Positions 37,895 to 50,449 of a stretch of 64,000 nt of DNA are shown piece after piece. The stretch comes from Mobula hypostoma (lineage: Eukaryota), in the NCBI RefSeq assembly GCF_963921235.1, contig NC_086097.1, positions 70,434,001 through 70,498,000 on the forward strand. The letters are read 5' to 3'. Positions within the stretch are counted from its first letter, which is position 1. Every line of letters starts with the position of its first letter. The translations under genes and the position numbers were made by a program. The notes beneath the pieces are model-generated. The model ran no database searches and was not told the DNA's origin. It saw only the letters and a list, made by a program, of their open reading frames with translations.

Positions 37895-38240
37895 ACTATA
37901 CAAGGATTTGATAGGGTAATTGTAGAGCTCATAAATCCCCTGTCTGTGGTAGCCTGAGATCATAACCTTAAAATATCAGGTTGGTCAGACAGGACAGAAC
38001 CCAAAGAAAAACCAAAAAAAGATTCTACTGGACAGTTGCAAACTGTTGCGATTCTCACCAAGAGGGCTGCGGAGGCTCAGTCACTGGGTATATTTAAGTC
38101 AGCAATTGATATTGAAGGGAATAAGGAGATAAGAGATTATTTCATGTCAGTGGCACTCAAGTAGAGTGGCAAGTGTGATTTTACTAAATGGCAGAGCAGG
38201 CCTGAGAAGTAGATTAGCCTACTCCTGCTCCTGCTTCTGT
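37895..38240 (+). mobile_element. Old CR1 3' end
   Basis: Degenerate CR1 terminus GCCTACTCCTGCTCCTGCTTCT. Confidence 0.55.
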
Positions 38241-38274
38241 TTCGGTTTTTTTTATGTGTTCAGCTCATTTTCTT

Positions 38275-40499
38275 TAGGAAGCTTGTCCACAATTAGTCCA
38301 ACTCCGTGTGAGGTATCCAGATACGACAGGCCAGTTAAATAGCCGTCTTCTTTAGCACCTTGAATCTCCATGAGTAAATCTCCGAGTTCTCGTAATTTAG
38401 TGTGGTCCTTAGCTGACACCCTAGGAAAATTGTCCAGCCGTTGAAATAGTGCCCTCTCAATAATTTCAGGGGCCGCGTAGCAGTCCCGCAGTCTCTCCCG
38501 TGCTTTGCGTAAGGCTAGCTTGGGGTTGTTGACGTACACTGAGCGTATGCATTTCACCTGTTCACTTGATTCCTTTCCCAGCCATTTAGTCATAAGGTCC
38601 AACTCTTGGGTTGCTGTGAGCTGGACTCTGCCGGTGACACTGGTGAATGAGGAGTACCACGCACAGTAATTTTCAGGCTTATCGTCAAACTGATACAGTC
38701 CTGTGTGTAACCTCTGGTTCGGAGAAGGTGTGAAGGTGGGTGCCACGCGTGCAGCATGATCGTGAAGAGCTCCATTTCTAACTTTACTACGACTCTGTCT
38801 TCATTAGCTCCAAGTTTAACTTGGTGCTTAGTCAGAGTTTCAACACACTGCATGAGAACACTACAGTGAAAAGGCGAAATCATTAGATGTTTCGACAAGT
38901 GGTACGATGGCTTCGCGATCAAGCATCAAGTCGCTTGCACTCAGCGCCAAGAGCAGTAGGACGTCGACAAATGTGGCTGCCCTCGCTAGAGCTAAAGCAG
39001 AAGCCGCCAAGGTGCGAGTGTCATACGCTAACCAAGAAGCAAAACTGAAAATGGAAAAAGCTGCCAGAGAAGCGGAAAACCGCTGGATGGCAAAGTGGTC
39101 ATCAGTCTCCCTCCACTCTTAGAGTGCAGTGAGATCTTAAATAACCGATCCGAGATTCTGACGCCAAGCACAGTGCTACACCAGCCCCATCTCCACCACA
39201 TTGCCAAGCACATCCCAGAACTGGATCTGGAAGCAGAAATACTCCTGCTACTCGGAAGAGACGTTCTTAGGGCGCACAAAGTCAGGCAGCAGGTCAATGG
39301 ATCACACAACGCCCCCTTCGCCCAACGTCTAGATCTGGGCTGGGTGGTGATAGGAGAGGTGTGCCCTGGCAACGTACACAAACTGACAGTTAACACGCTC
39401 AAGTTTAACGTGCTAGAGAGAGGCCGCCATTCAATTTCTCAGCCCTCCACAAGTGTATCAAGGAAGCACAACAAAGGCGCGAGCATAGTAAAGTAACTGA
39501 GAAGGCACTGGGACAGTCAGTCTTTGCTCAAACTAAGCACGATAATAAACTTGCTCCATCGGTGGAAGACGCCATCTTCTTAAAAATAATGGACACAAAG
39601 GTCTTTGGTCTTTAGAGATGAAGCGAACAACTGGGCCACCCCACTACCATTCAGAGTACCGTGCCAGCGCTTGCCAAACAACAAAGAGCAGGCAGTCAAC
39701 CGGTTCACATCTTTACAACGAACCCTGAAAAGGAAACCTGAGACCAGTTACAGAGGTCGTTCTATTTCTACCTAAAGACTGATCTAGAGACTAAAGTTCT
39801 ATACCATGTTACAAAGGTCAGGCGGGGAGTGTGTTGCCCTTAAGGCATTTATTTGACTTTGTTGGGTCTACGCTTTAAATGATTTGTTTGTAACTATTTT
39901 CTAGTTAAAGTTAAAGGTTGATAATTAAGTTACAGTATAACAAAGGTAAATTCATTGTCTATGGTATATCACGGCGTGTGATGACGTCACCTCTGGTTTC
40001 ACCGCATCTTGTGTGTAACCTCCGGTTCGGAGAAGGTGTGAAGGTGGGTGACATGTGTGCAGTGTGATTGTGAAGAGCTCCGTTTCTACCCACAAAAAAA
40101 CATTATAGAAGCAACGCCGTAAGTTCATAAGAATGTATTTGAAGTAAAAATATTAACGGGGTTTCTGTTAAGGAAGCAGTGGTTGGGGCGGTGTGTATGC
40201 CGGCTTTTCAATTTCAAACACGGGGTCAGCTCGAGCCCGATGGCGGTTTGACGGGACTCCCCTCGCTCCCTACTCGGGGCGGCTGGAGACATTCGCTAAA
40301 AGAAGAGAGCACGCGAGGTCTTCAGAATGAAACAGGCGCTGTATATGTTTGTATTTTTTTATCAACAGTTTTCACCATACAATGTTAATGTGGAAGAGTG
40401 AACAGTAAATGGTTAACCTTACTACGACTCTGTCTTCATTGGCTCCGGCTTAACTTGGTGTTTAGTCAGAGTTTCAACACACTGCACGAGAACACCACA
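38275..40499 (+). mobile_element. Rearranged, internally deleted BEL/Pao LTR retrotransposon
   Basis: 3' LTR 39832-40499 (TGTT...CACA) after PPT AGGCGGGGAG; 5' LTR remnant 38702-38865; gag start ARAKAEAAK; ILLLLGRD...PFAQRLDLGWVVIG; inverted gag piece 38275-38701 (FDDKPENYCAW). Confidence 0.85.
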
Positions 40500-40699
40500 A
40501 TTTCTGAAGCAACAACCTAACTAACCTATCAGATACTGTACATCCTGTTAGGGTTTTAATAGAGGAGATAATTGAGGTAATCAATCTGAGCAAGCTGTTC
40601 ATCATTGAAATATGTTAATAAGCCTGCATAATAAACCAGGATATTACTTTTAACTACAGCTGACTGGGCCTCCCTGCCTTATTGAGTGGAATTTTGTCA

Positions 40700-41520
40700 T
40701 AGGTTACAGTGGAACATTGACAGGATGCAGAGATGGGCTGAGAAGTGGCAGATGGAGTTCAATCCAGAGAAGTGTGCAGTAAGGTTGAATTTGAAGGCAG
40801 ATTACAATGTCAATGTGGGGTTTCTTAGCAGTGTGGAGAAACAAGAGTTGATAGGATGGCTGTGAAGGCATATGCTGCATTGGCTTTCCTTTGTTGGGGG
40901 ACTCAGTTCAAGGCCATGAGGTAATGTTGCAGCTCTTTAAAACTCAGGATGGACCATGGTTGGAATATTGTATTTATGTCTGGCTGCCACACTAAGGACG
41001 TGGAAGCTCTAGAGAGGGTGAAGAGGAAATTTACCAGGATGCTGCCTAGTTTAGAGGACATGCCTTATGTGGAAAGAATGAGTGAGCTTGCGCTTTTCTG
41101 TTTGGAGCAAAGGAGGATGAGAGATAACTTGATAGAGGAGTACAAAATGATAAAAGGCACAAAAAAAGTGGACAGCCTGTGTCCTTTTCCCAGGACCGGA
41201 TTGGCTAATACCAGAGGACATCTTTTGAAGGTGAGTGGAGGAAAGTTTAGGGAGATGTCAGAGGCAGTTTTTTTAAAGACACTGCCTGGAATGTACTGGA
41301 ATGTACTGCCTGGAATGTACTGCTGGGGATAGTGGTTGAGGCAGATACATAACATACAGTTGAGAGACTCTTAGGTAGGCACGTAGATGAAAGAAAAATG
41401 GAGGGTTATGAGTGTCAAAGGTAAGGAGTTAGATTGATCATGGAGTAGGTTTATATATGTCAACACAACATCATGGGCCAAAGGGCTAATACTGTTCTGT
41501 GCTGCTCTATGGTCTATTAT
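40700..41520 (+). mobile_element. CR1 3' fragment
   Basis: KDVEALERVKRKFTRMLP; CR1 tail. Confidence 0.8.
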
Positions 41521-41794
41521 TCGAGGCTCTGGAAGAGCTTGGTCCCAGACCCAAACTTCCTTTCCATGTCCCTTTCTCCTAAATGATGACGTTCCTCCCC
41601 AACCATTGCTGATACTGTCTTCAATTGCCACCCCATCGCCATCGACAGAAGCCTCCTGAGCTTCCATGAAGCCTTCCTTTGCAGGGTTTCCCATTTTGCT
41701 GGTTGCCACCCTGTCAATCAGGGCAGAAGATTAGCAGTAAATCGAGATGGATAAAGATTCAAAGACATTTAGGAAGCAAACTTATGCCATAGCA

Positions 41795-42085
41795 CTATAA
41801 GACATAGGAGCAGAATTAGGCCATATGGCCCTTCCAGTCTGCGCTGCCATTCGATCATGTTTGATTTATTATTCCTCTTAGTCCTATTCTTCTGCCCTTT
41901 CACACCCATACTAACCAAGAACCTATGTATCCCAACTTTAAATATACCCAATAACTTTGCCTCCATTGTTGTCTATGGTGATCAATTCCACAGATTCATT
42001 ACTCACTGGCTAAACAAATTCCTCCTGATCTCTGTTCCAAAGTGATGTCTTTCAACTTCATCCTCCTCCTGCAATAAGCATCCTG
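41795..42085 (-). mobile_element. CR1 3' end
   Basis: ATAAGACATAGGAGCAGAATTAGGCC terminus. Confidence 0.75.
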
Positions 42086-42249
42086 GAGAGAAGAATGGGG
42101 TTGTTATCTACCAATGATGTAATTGTCCTCAAGCACAGGTGGTATTGATGCATATTTAAACATTGCTCTTTTTCTGTTTCTGAAAGTTTTCTTTAGGGCT
42201 ACTCCAAGGCTCAAGTCAATCAACATTAACTTGTTTTGGAAGCCTCTTA

Positions 42250-43348
42250 TCCAAAAGTAGTAAAATGGATTCAGCAGTGGCTGGATGGGAGATGCCAGAG
42301 AGTAGTGGTGGATAACTGTGTGTCAGATTGGAGGACGGTGTGTAGCAGTGTGCCTCAGGGATCTGTACTGGGTCCAATGTTATTTGTCATATATATTAAT
42401 GATCTGGATGATGGGGTGGTAAATTGGATTAGTAATTATGCAGATGATACTAAGATAGGTGATGTTGTGGATAATGAAGTAGATTTTCAAAGCTTGCAGA
42501 GAGACTTAGGCCAGTTAGAAGAGTGGGCTGAAAGATGGCAGATGGAGTTTAATGCTGAAAAATGTGAGGTGCTACATTTTGGTAGGACTAATCAAAATAG
42601 GACATGCATGGTAAATGGTAGGGCATTGAAGAATGCGGTGGAACAGAGGGATCTAGGAGTAATGGTGCATGGTTCCCTGAAAGTGGAATCTCATGTGGAT
42701 AGGGTGGTGAAGAAAGCTTTTGGTATGCTGGCCTTTATTAATCAGAGCATTGAGTATGGGAGTTGGGATGTAATGTTGAAATTGTACAAGGCATTGGTGA
42801 GGCCAAATTTGGAGTATTGTGTACAGTTCTGGTCACCGAATTATAGGAAAGATGTCAATAAAATTGGGAGAGTACAGAGGAGATTTACTAAAATGTTGCC
42901 TGGGTTTCATCTCCCAAGTTACAGAGAAAAGTTGAACAAGTTAGGTCATTATTCTTTGGAGCGTAGAAGGTTGAGGGGGGACTTGATAGAGCTATTTAAA
43001 ATTATGAGGGGGATAGATAGAGTTGACGTGGATAGGCTTTTTCCATTGAGAGTGGGGGAGATTCAAATAAGAGGACATGAGTTGAGAGTTAAAGGGAAAA
43101 AGTTTAGGGGTAACATGGGGGGGGGGGAGCTTCTTTACTCAGAGAGTGGTGGCTGTGTGGAACGAGCTTCCAGCCGAAGTGGTTGAGGCAGGTTTGATGT
43201 TGTCGTTTAAAGTTAAATTGGATAGATATATGGACAGGAAAGGAATGGGCTGAGTGCAGGTTGGTGGGACTAGGTGAGAGTAAGAGTTAGGCATGGACTA
43301 GAAGAGCCGAGATGGCCTGTTTCCGTGCTGTAATTGTTATATATGGTT
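42250..43348 (+). mobile_element. 5'-truncated CR1 LINE
   Basis: 316-aa ORF with VPQGSVLGP, YADD, YKALVRPNLEYC; GTTATAT-type tail. Confidence 0.93.
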
Positions 43349-43677
43349 AAAAGGGCTTCAATTTCATTTCAGACTATTTGATGATGTATTGGTTAACTCA
43401 GATCCAACTTTAAACCATTGCATGTAATCCATGACTAGAATGTCATTTTCAACATGATTATTTCTGAGACCTTAATTTCTCCATCTGTGATATAAAATTG
43501 GATTTTGCAAGTAACAGTGCAAATATAATGAAAAACTACACAATCTAAAAAATTTAGAATACAGTATTGGAAAAGATTCCCTAACAAAGTAGTCAATGCT
43601 GCCTTAATTAAATAAGCCAAAATTGTCATTAAGGAGCGCACAGGTGAAACATATGCTGTCATTGAATGTATATATCA

Positions 43678-45114
43678 GGCAGCAGGTCCTGATATCACCC
43701 TTGAAGATTATGGAATTGAAAAACTTACTGATTTAATCAATGACATTTATAAGACTGGAATAATACCAGAAGAGATGAAAAAAACCAGTATTTATCACTC
43801 TTCCTAAGAAAGCTGGAGCAATAGAATGTGAATTACATGGGACCATAAGTTTAATGAGTCATATCACCAAGATACTTCTAAGAATTTTGATGACAAGAGC
43901 TAAAAGTAAGATGCAAGCTGAAATAGGCAAAGTACAATGTGGTTTTGTGAAAGACAAAGGTACAAGAAATGCAATATTGATGTTAAGGATACTATCAGAA
44001 CGAGCTATTCAAGTGCAAAAAGATTTGTTTGTTTTATCGACTACACAAAAGCATTTGATGAAGTGAAGCACAATAATTTATTTGAAATATTACAGGAAAC
44101 TCTAGATCTCGATTTGAAAGGCCTCCGCGTAATCAGAAATCTGTACTGGGAACAAATTGCCGCTGTAAGAATAGATGAAGAAGTGATTCAGTTTACGAAA
44201 ATCAAGAGAGGCATTAGACAAGAGTGTGTTTTCTCCCCTGATTTATTTAATGTGTACAGTGAAACAATGTTACAAAAAATAAGAGTTATCTTGAGAATCA
44301 AAGTTGGTGGTGAAAACATCAATAATTTCAGATATGCAGATGACACTGTGTTAATTGCAAGTACGGAGGAAGAACTACAAAACTTAATTGATATAATTGT
44401 TGAAGAAAGTGCAAAAATTGGTCTATCTATCAATTGCAAAAAGACAGAATGTATGGTGATATCCAAAAAGAAGGAGAATCCTATCTGCAGGCTGAGAATA
44501 AATGAGGAAGACATAAAACAAGTACAGAACTTTTGCTACTTAGGAAGCTGGGTGACATCAGATGGCAGGTGCGACTTGGACATCAAAAGAAGAATGGGGA
44601 TGACAAAAGACACCTTTACGAGAATGAAGAGTATACTGACCATTACTAAACTAGGCATGACAACCCACCTCAGAGTACTGAAATGTTACGTTTATCCAGT
44701 TATGTTATATGGCTCAGAATGTTGGACAATATCTAGTAACATGAGGAAACGAATTGTAGCAGCAAAGATGTGGTTTTTGAGGAAGACGCAAAGAATATCA
44801 TGGACGAAACGAATATCTAACGAGGATGTCATGAACAGAGCAAACACAAAAAGAGAAATAATGTATGAGATCATGAAAAGGCAACGTAACTTCATTGGAC
44901 ATGTGATTAGGAAAGAGGAGTTAGAATGCATGGTAATTATGCGAAAGATTGAAGGGAAGAAAGCAAGAGGAAGGCAAAGATGAATGATGATGGAGACAGC
45001 AGCCAGAGAACTGGAAATGAATACCAATGATCTGATCCACTTGACCCGAAACAGGAGTGTGTGGGCCATGGCAGTCAAAGCTCAAACTGGGCACGGCACC
45101 CTGATGATGATGAT
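43678..45114 (+). mobile_element. 5'-truncated RTE-clade LINE
   Basis: AAGPD, QCGFVKDKGTRNAI, CFIDYTKAFD, RYADD, MLYGSECWT, KIEGKKARGRQR; (TGA)n tail. Confidence 0.88.
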
Positions 45115-46334
45115 ATGTATGTGTAAATGGAACTGATGGTGAAATATTCTGAGAACTGCAATGCACAGTTCCTGAAACTGGGCTTGGGTCTGTGAAACTG
45201 ATTAACCCATGGATATTCCATTGTATTCGTGCTGCCTACTCATTATGATAATTTCAGTGTTCATACCGCAATACTGTTTCCTTAATGCGTCAGTGGGGCT
45301 CACATTTTATGAGCGGCTAACACCAGTTCACCTGCCTGCACCATTTAAAGCCAACCTGAAGCCCTTAAAGGGGAGGCAATAGCAATGCTGTGTGTAGTTT
45401 AGATGGTGGCGTGAAGCCTGAGAGCTGACCAGCCTGTCTCCTCCATGGGTGTCATCATTGGCACCCTTGCTTGCCTCCTTATAGATGTCCAGTACAAATA
45501 TTTTTGCAGAGAAAGTATTGAAGTAGAAAGACTATGGTGAGAATGTGAATGTACCACATATAGAATGAGACTTAAATGATGATTTGTAAATGTAAACAAT
45601 GAACAATGCAATGATATTTCTGTACTTCAGTTTAATCAGTCCATTCTCCATATAAATACGACAGTTTTTTTTGCCAGTTGTTTTTTTTTAAAGTTACGTC
45701 TACTGGGTTAAGGAAGCCCAAAAAGTCCTCAATACAATGAAATCATTAAATAAATGATGGTTGTTAGACCAAGGCTTCAGTCAAAACCACCTCACAACAG
45801 TGTGAAGCATTCAAATGTCTTCTCTAATTGAAGATAACTCAACCAAGTGGAAGAATTTCCTTGCTTCACCCTGTCATGCTATGGAGGTTTAAATAATACG
45901 ATTACTACATCAGTGCTTCACACTTCAAAGCTGAATGCCTCATTTCTCTGCCACTTAAATTGCACCCTATCAATTGTTAAATTGTTATCATGAGCGTAAG
46001 TATTGGCATTAAAAAGCGTACAAACATTGATTTATCAATCCTTTAAACACTCATCAAGATGTTTGTTGTCTAAATGTGTGAGCATCTTATTTACTTCAGC
46101 ACAATCATAGTTAATATTTTTACAATTCCTTGAGGTGCTGACAGCTTCGCAGATTTAAATTCAACCATTAGAAATATGTTCTTTATCTAATGATAACTGT
46201 GTATGTCTTTTCTTCAGGTGCAGTAAAATAATCAATTTCATTTCATTCAAGCTTCCTTTGTTTCAAGTTGGGAATATTATCTGTTTATTGGCTACAATTA
46301 GTTGCATCAAACTAATTCATGTTACTCCACTCTC

Positions 46335-47457
46335 CTCTGCGCTAAGGCTGAGGCTGTGAGGCTGTGAGGCTGCTATGTGCTTCATGCCTGTAAGCTTCAC
46401 GGCAATTTGCCCCGCTATATGATGAACTAAGATCGAGACTATGGGCTGACTCCAGCTCTTCTGAGATTCAGTTCTATGGACTCAATTTGCTTTTATTATT
46501 TGCATGATAATGCAGTTTGGTAAAGGGAACAATAGTGCGGACTATTATCTAAATGGGGAAAAGGTTCAAACATCAGAGGTGCAGAGAGACGTAGGAGTCC
46601 TCATGCAAGTCCCAGAAGGTTAATTTACAGGTTGAGTCCATGGTAAAGAAGGCAAATAAAATTTTGGCTTTTATTTCAAAAGGATAGAATATAAAAGCAA
46701 GGAGATAATGCTGAGGGTTTATAAGACACTAGTCAAGCTGCACTTGGAGTATTATCACCAGTTTTGGGCCCCATATCTCAGAAAGGATGTATTGTCATTG
46801 TAGAGAGTCCAGAGGAGCTTCACAAGGATGATTCCGGGAATAAAGGGGTTAACATATGAGGAGCGTTTGGCAGTTTTGGATCTACACTCACTGGAATTTA
46901 GAAGAATGTGGGGGATCTCATTGAAATCTACCGAATGTTGAAAGGACTAGCTAAGGTAAATGTGGAGAGGATGTTTCCTCTGGTGGGGGTATCCAGCACA
47001 AGAGGACACAGCCTCAAAATTGAGGGGCAATCTTTTAGAACAGAGGTAAGGAGGAGTTAGTTTAGCCAGAGAATAGTAAATATATGGAATGCTCTGCAAC
47101 AGACTGTGGTGGAGGCCAAGTCTATGAGCATATTTAAGACAGAAGTTGATAGTTTCTTGATTGGTTAGGGCATCAAAGAATATGGCAAGAAGGCAGGTGT
47201 ATGGGGTTGACTGGGATCTGGAATCAGCTATGATGGAATGGTGGAGCTGACTCGATGGGTTGAATGGCCTACTTCTGCTCCTATGTCTTATGGTCTTATG
47301 ATTTGTGTCTTTTTTTTCCTTTTCTCTGCACAATGGGTGTTGGTCTTATTTTTTAGTGGGTTCTTTTGGGCTTCTTGCTTTGTGGCTGCCTGTAAGCAGA
47401 CAAATGTTAAAGTTGTATAATTTATACATACTTTGATATTAAATGTACTTTGAATCC
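46335..47457 (+). mobile_element. Non-coding LINE-tailed repeat (46335-46509 and 47298-47457) split by a CR1 3' fragment (46510-47297)
   Basis: ATGAT at both junctions; CR1 RT C-terminus and TCTTATGG tail inside; outer piece ends AAATGTACTTTGAATC. Confidence 0.7.
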
Positions 47458-48232
47458 TGTGAATATTTGATTCTTTTTTGTTGATCTTTGTCAAACAGAA
47501 AGGTATAATGTAGTTTGTGGGTGTTTTTCTTTAAATTCAATTTCAAATTTAAATTTAAATTCATTTCAATAAAACAAACCAAATTATTGCTTAACTTAAT
47601 GTGATGCTTTTAGCTCAAGGCTTTTCCACAAGACCTGAATCAAACTCTAATGCAAGGTTTAAGAGTGAGTTTATTTTCCTTTGTGTAACTGTAATAGTTA
47701 ATTTATGTGGTTGCCTCTAATGTATCCTAATATATAGCTCCAAGAACAGCTGGGATCATTAATAATATAAAAGTTATGTTATGTCCTCTTGGTCCCTGTA
47801 TGGCAAAGTACAGTCATCATAAAAATGTAAACTGGAGTTTAATAACAATTGAATTCCCAGTGTTTGATTATAGGGGTTTTCAAATATTTTTTCATCCATT
47901 ATTCTGCTCAGAAACCTATAATATATAGACAATGTTTACTAGAACTAGGGGATTTTGATTTACTCAATGAATGAAGGCAAGTACATTCAAGATGCTTCTC
48001 TATGCAGAACAGAATTATCTAGTGTAAAGTGCTAAAGATGGGTAATATTTCACTATTCCATATTCCATAGAGAATTAGATTGCATGTGAATTTAGATAAT
48101 GCAGTTATGTTTTGGATGGTTGGATATAAAATAAACATCATTCTAAAATGAATACAGTTTTATTAAAACTGATAAGATATGATTTTATTTATGTTTGGGA
48201 GTCTTTTTACAACGCAGACAAGCCATCTGTAC

Positions 48233-48355
48233 AACATACACAAACAAAATACTGGCAGAATCAGCAAAGCAGGCTGATGGAAGGGAATAGACAATCGGCG
48301 TTTTGGGCTGAGACCCTTCATCAGGACTGAAAAGGCAATGGGAAGAAGCTAGAAT
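48233..48355 (-). mobile_element. Penelope 3' end with degenerate hammerhead
   Basis: Minus strand AGTCCTGATGAAGGGTCTCAGCCCAAAACGCCGATTG plus tail. Confidence 0.75.
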
Positions 48356-49199
48356 AGCACTTTGTTATTATCTGGATGATCCAAAGGAAAGAGTGGAGTT
48401 TAGCAGAACTGTCTGCTTTACCAGTCAAGTTGTTGCCTTGTCGATCTCTCTTTGAATTAGGCCTGATTATACCAGATCCACTGTAGGTCTGATTCAGCAC
48501 TCTCTGAACGGTTATACCAGATGCACTATTGGCTTCAGCAACATTCAGTTCTCCAGAGTACATGCCTGACACAGATGTTAGGGCTGTTAAGTACCCTAAG
48601 CCAGCTGTCAAATCCCAAAGAGAACCTAGAGAGCCCAAGCTTGTGGCATACAAGCTCAGATAATTTGGACCTGACACAATGGCAAACCTCTCTGCCTTTA
48701 ATGGAACTGGCATAATCATTTAAAAGTTGGTCCAGGAAATCTCTAAATATCTTTGTCACATCCACCGATTCGGCAGCGCAGTAGAGACGGCAATTGTGCT
48801 TGTGAATATGCACGTGTCAGCTAATTATTATTTAATCATGACAGTATTTAACTTCATACTTGTCGTCGTAGTGCTTGTCGAGACTTGGACACAACACAGC
48901 AATGCTTCGCTGCCTGTTTGCATTCGGCCTCGCCTGAGAAATTGGACTGTTGAGTCAACTGACCCTGAAGACTAGCGATATTCATTTTATATTATAGTTG
49001 TTCTTTCAGCCGCAGTGTAGGTTTCGTTTTTCCATTTGAGAGTTTTACATAGTGGCCCTGTTTGGCCGAGCGTTTATTGTTTTCTTTCCCCTTTAGCACT
49101 GTTTGCGTTAAAGTCTGTGAACTATCGACCTGCTCAGTGTCTCTCACTCCGCACTTGGGCCATATCCGAACCTGGTAACAGCAAGTCTCGAACAACAAA

Positions 49200-50400
49200 G
49201 ATGGGCCCAGCAGAGAGAGAGAGCAGCTGACCTTGGCCGTGAGATTCATTGGTCAGGTAGGAGACAAGCTACAGGCAAAGGAGTATGTCCTCAGTGAAGT
49301 TATAGGGGCAATGAGGCAGATAATCTCGTTGCAACAAGCCCAGTCTCACTTGGAGGAATAGGTGTCGTCCCTAGCTGCAACTGTTCAACAGCTCACCGCA
49401 GACAATCGGACTCAGGTGTTTGCGATTTCTGCACTCACGGCCGTCGTCTACGAACTTACTCCGAACAGCCAGCATCAGCTGATGTCCATTAACGTTCTCG
49501 CCAACGCAATTTAGCAGCCTCAGTCCCACTCCTAGCATCTGGCTGGTCCTCTTTTTCTGCTGCCCTGACAATGTCTGCTACTAATGCTCCTGCTCCCGTG
49601 CCCGGATCAGAGCTGACTCCCATATTTGGACCCTCACAGACACCCGCGTCCGTACAAGAACCGAGTATTCCACCTCCAGGTGGATATTCTGGTCATCCCG
49701 ATGGCTGCAGGAATTTTATTACCCAATGCGAGCTGACATTTCAAGCCCAGCCTGGTTGTTTTGGTGATGATGCACGAGAACTGGCATATATTGTCAATTT
49801 TCTTGATGGACCTCCACTCAGCCTGTTCAACACTTTACGGGAGCAAGGATACACCACAGCCCAGTCATTCCGACATTTCATAGCGGAATGAAGGAAGGTT
49901 TTTAATCCTCCAGTATGGGGTCAGGAGGCTGCCCACTGACTCTTGGACCTGTGCCAAGGCAGAGAAACGGTGAGAGCCTATGCAGTTAAATTCCGTACCC
50001 TTGCAGTAGAGATGGGTTGGAATGAGAGATCTCTCATCACTGCCTTCCAGAGTGGGCTGAATTCAGGGGTCCGGCAGAAGATCACCGTCCGGGATGAGCA
50101 GGATAGTCTGGAAGACCTGATTAATCTGGCTTTTTGAGTTGACAATCAGGTGATTGAGTGGCACAGAGAAAGAATGTCTCAAACTTCCTACGTGCCGCCT
50201 AATCACCGTCTTTCCTCACCCTCTCTCCCTCCCTCACCACCCAGCACCCAGCCCACGGAGGAGCCTATGCAAGTAGGCTCTTACTCCTGTCTCAGGAGGA
50301 ACGACAGTGGCGCCGGAGAACAGATTCCTGCCTCTATTGTGGTGATCCAAGACACTTCCGGGCGGCATGTTCCAAGCATCCAGTGAAAGAGAATTCCTGT
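49200..50400 (+). pseudogene. Sushi-type gag (RTL/PEG10-like capsid and CCHC knuckle)
   Basis: PPGGYSGHPDGCRNFITQCELTF; LCQGRETVRAYAVKFRTLA..GWNE; CLYCGDPRHFRAAC near 50330. Confidence 0.85.
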
Positions 50401-50449
50401 CAGCCGGGAGGGGAATCCTGACGGGTCGGTTCTCTCTTCAGTTGGCTTT

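Noticed and set aside
41280..41326. Short direct repeats ACTGCCTGGAATGT (also the duplication at 10168-10212)
   Set aside because: Local slippage inside LINE copies; no spacers, so not CRISPR-like
48321..48719. 132-aa minus-strand ORF next to the chromovirus
   Set aside because: Outside the LTRs, runs into a Penelope end, no recognisable motif
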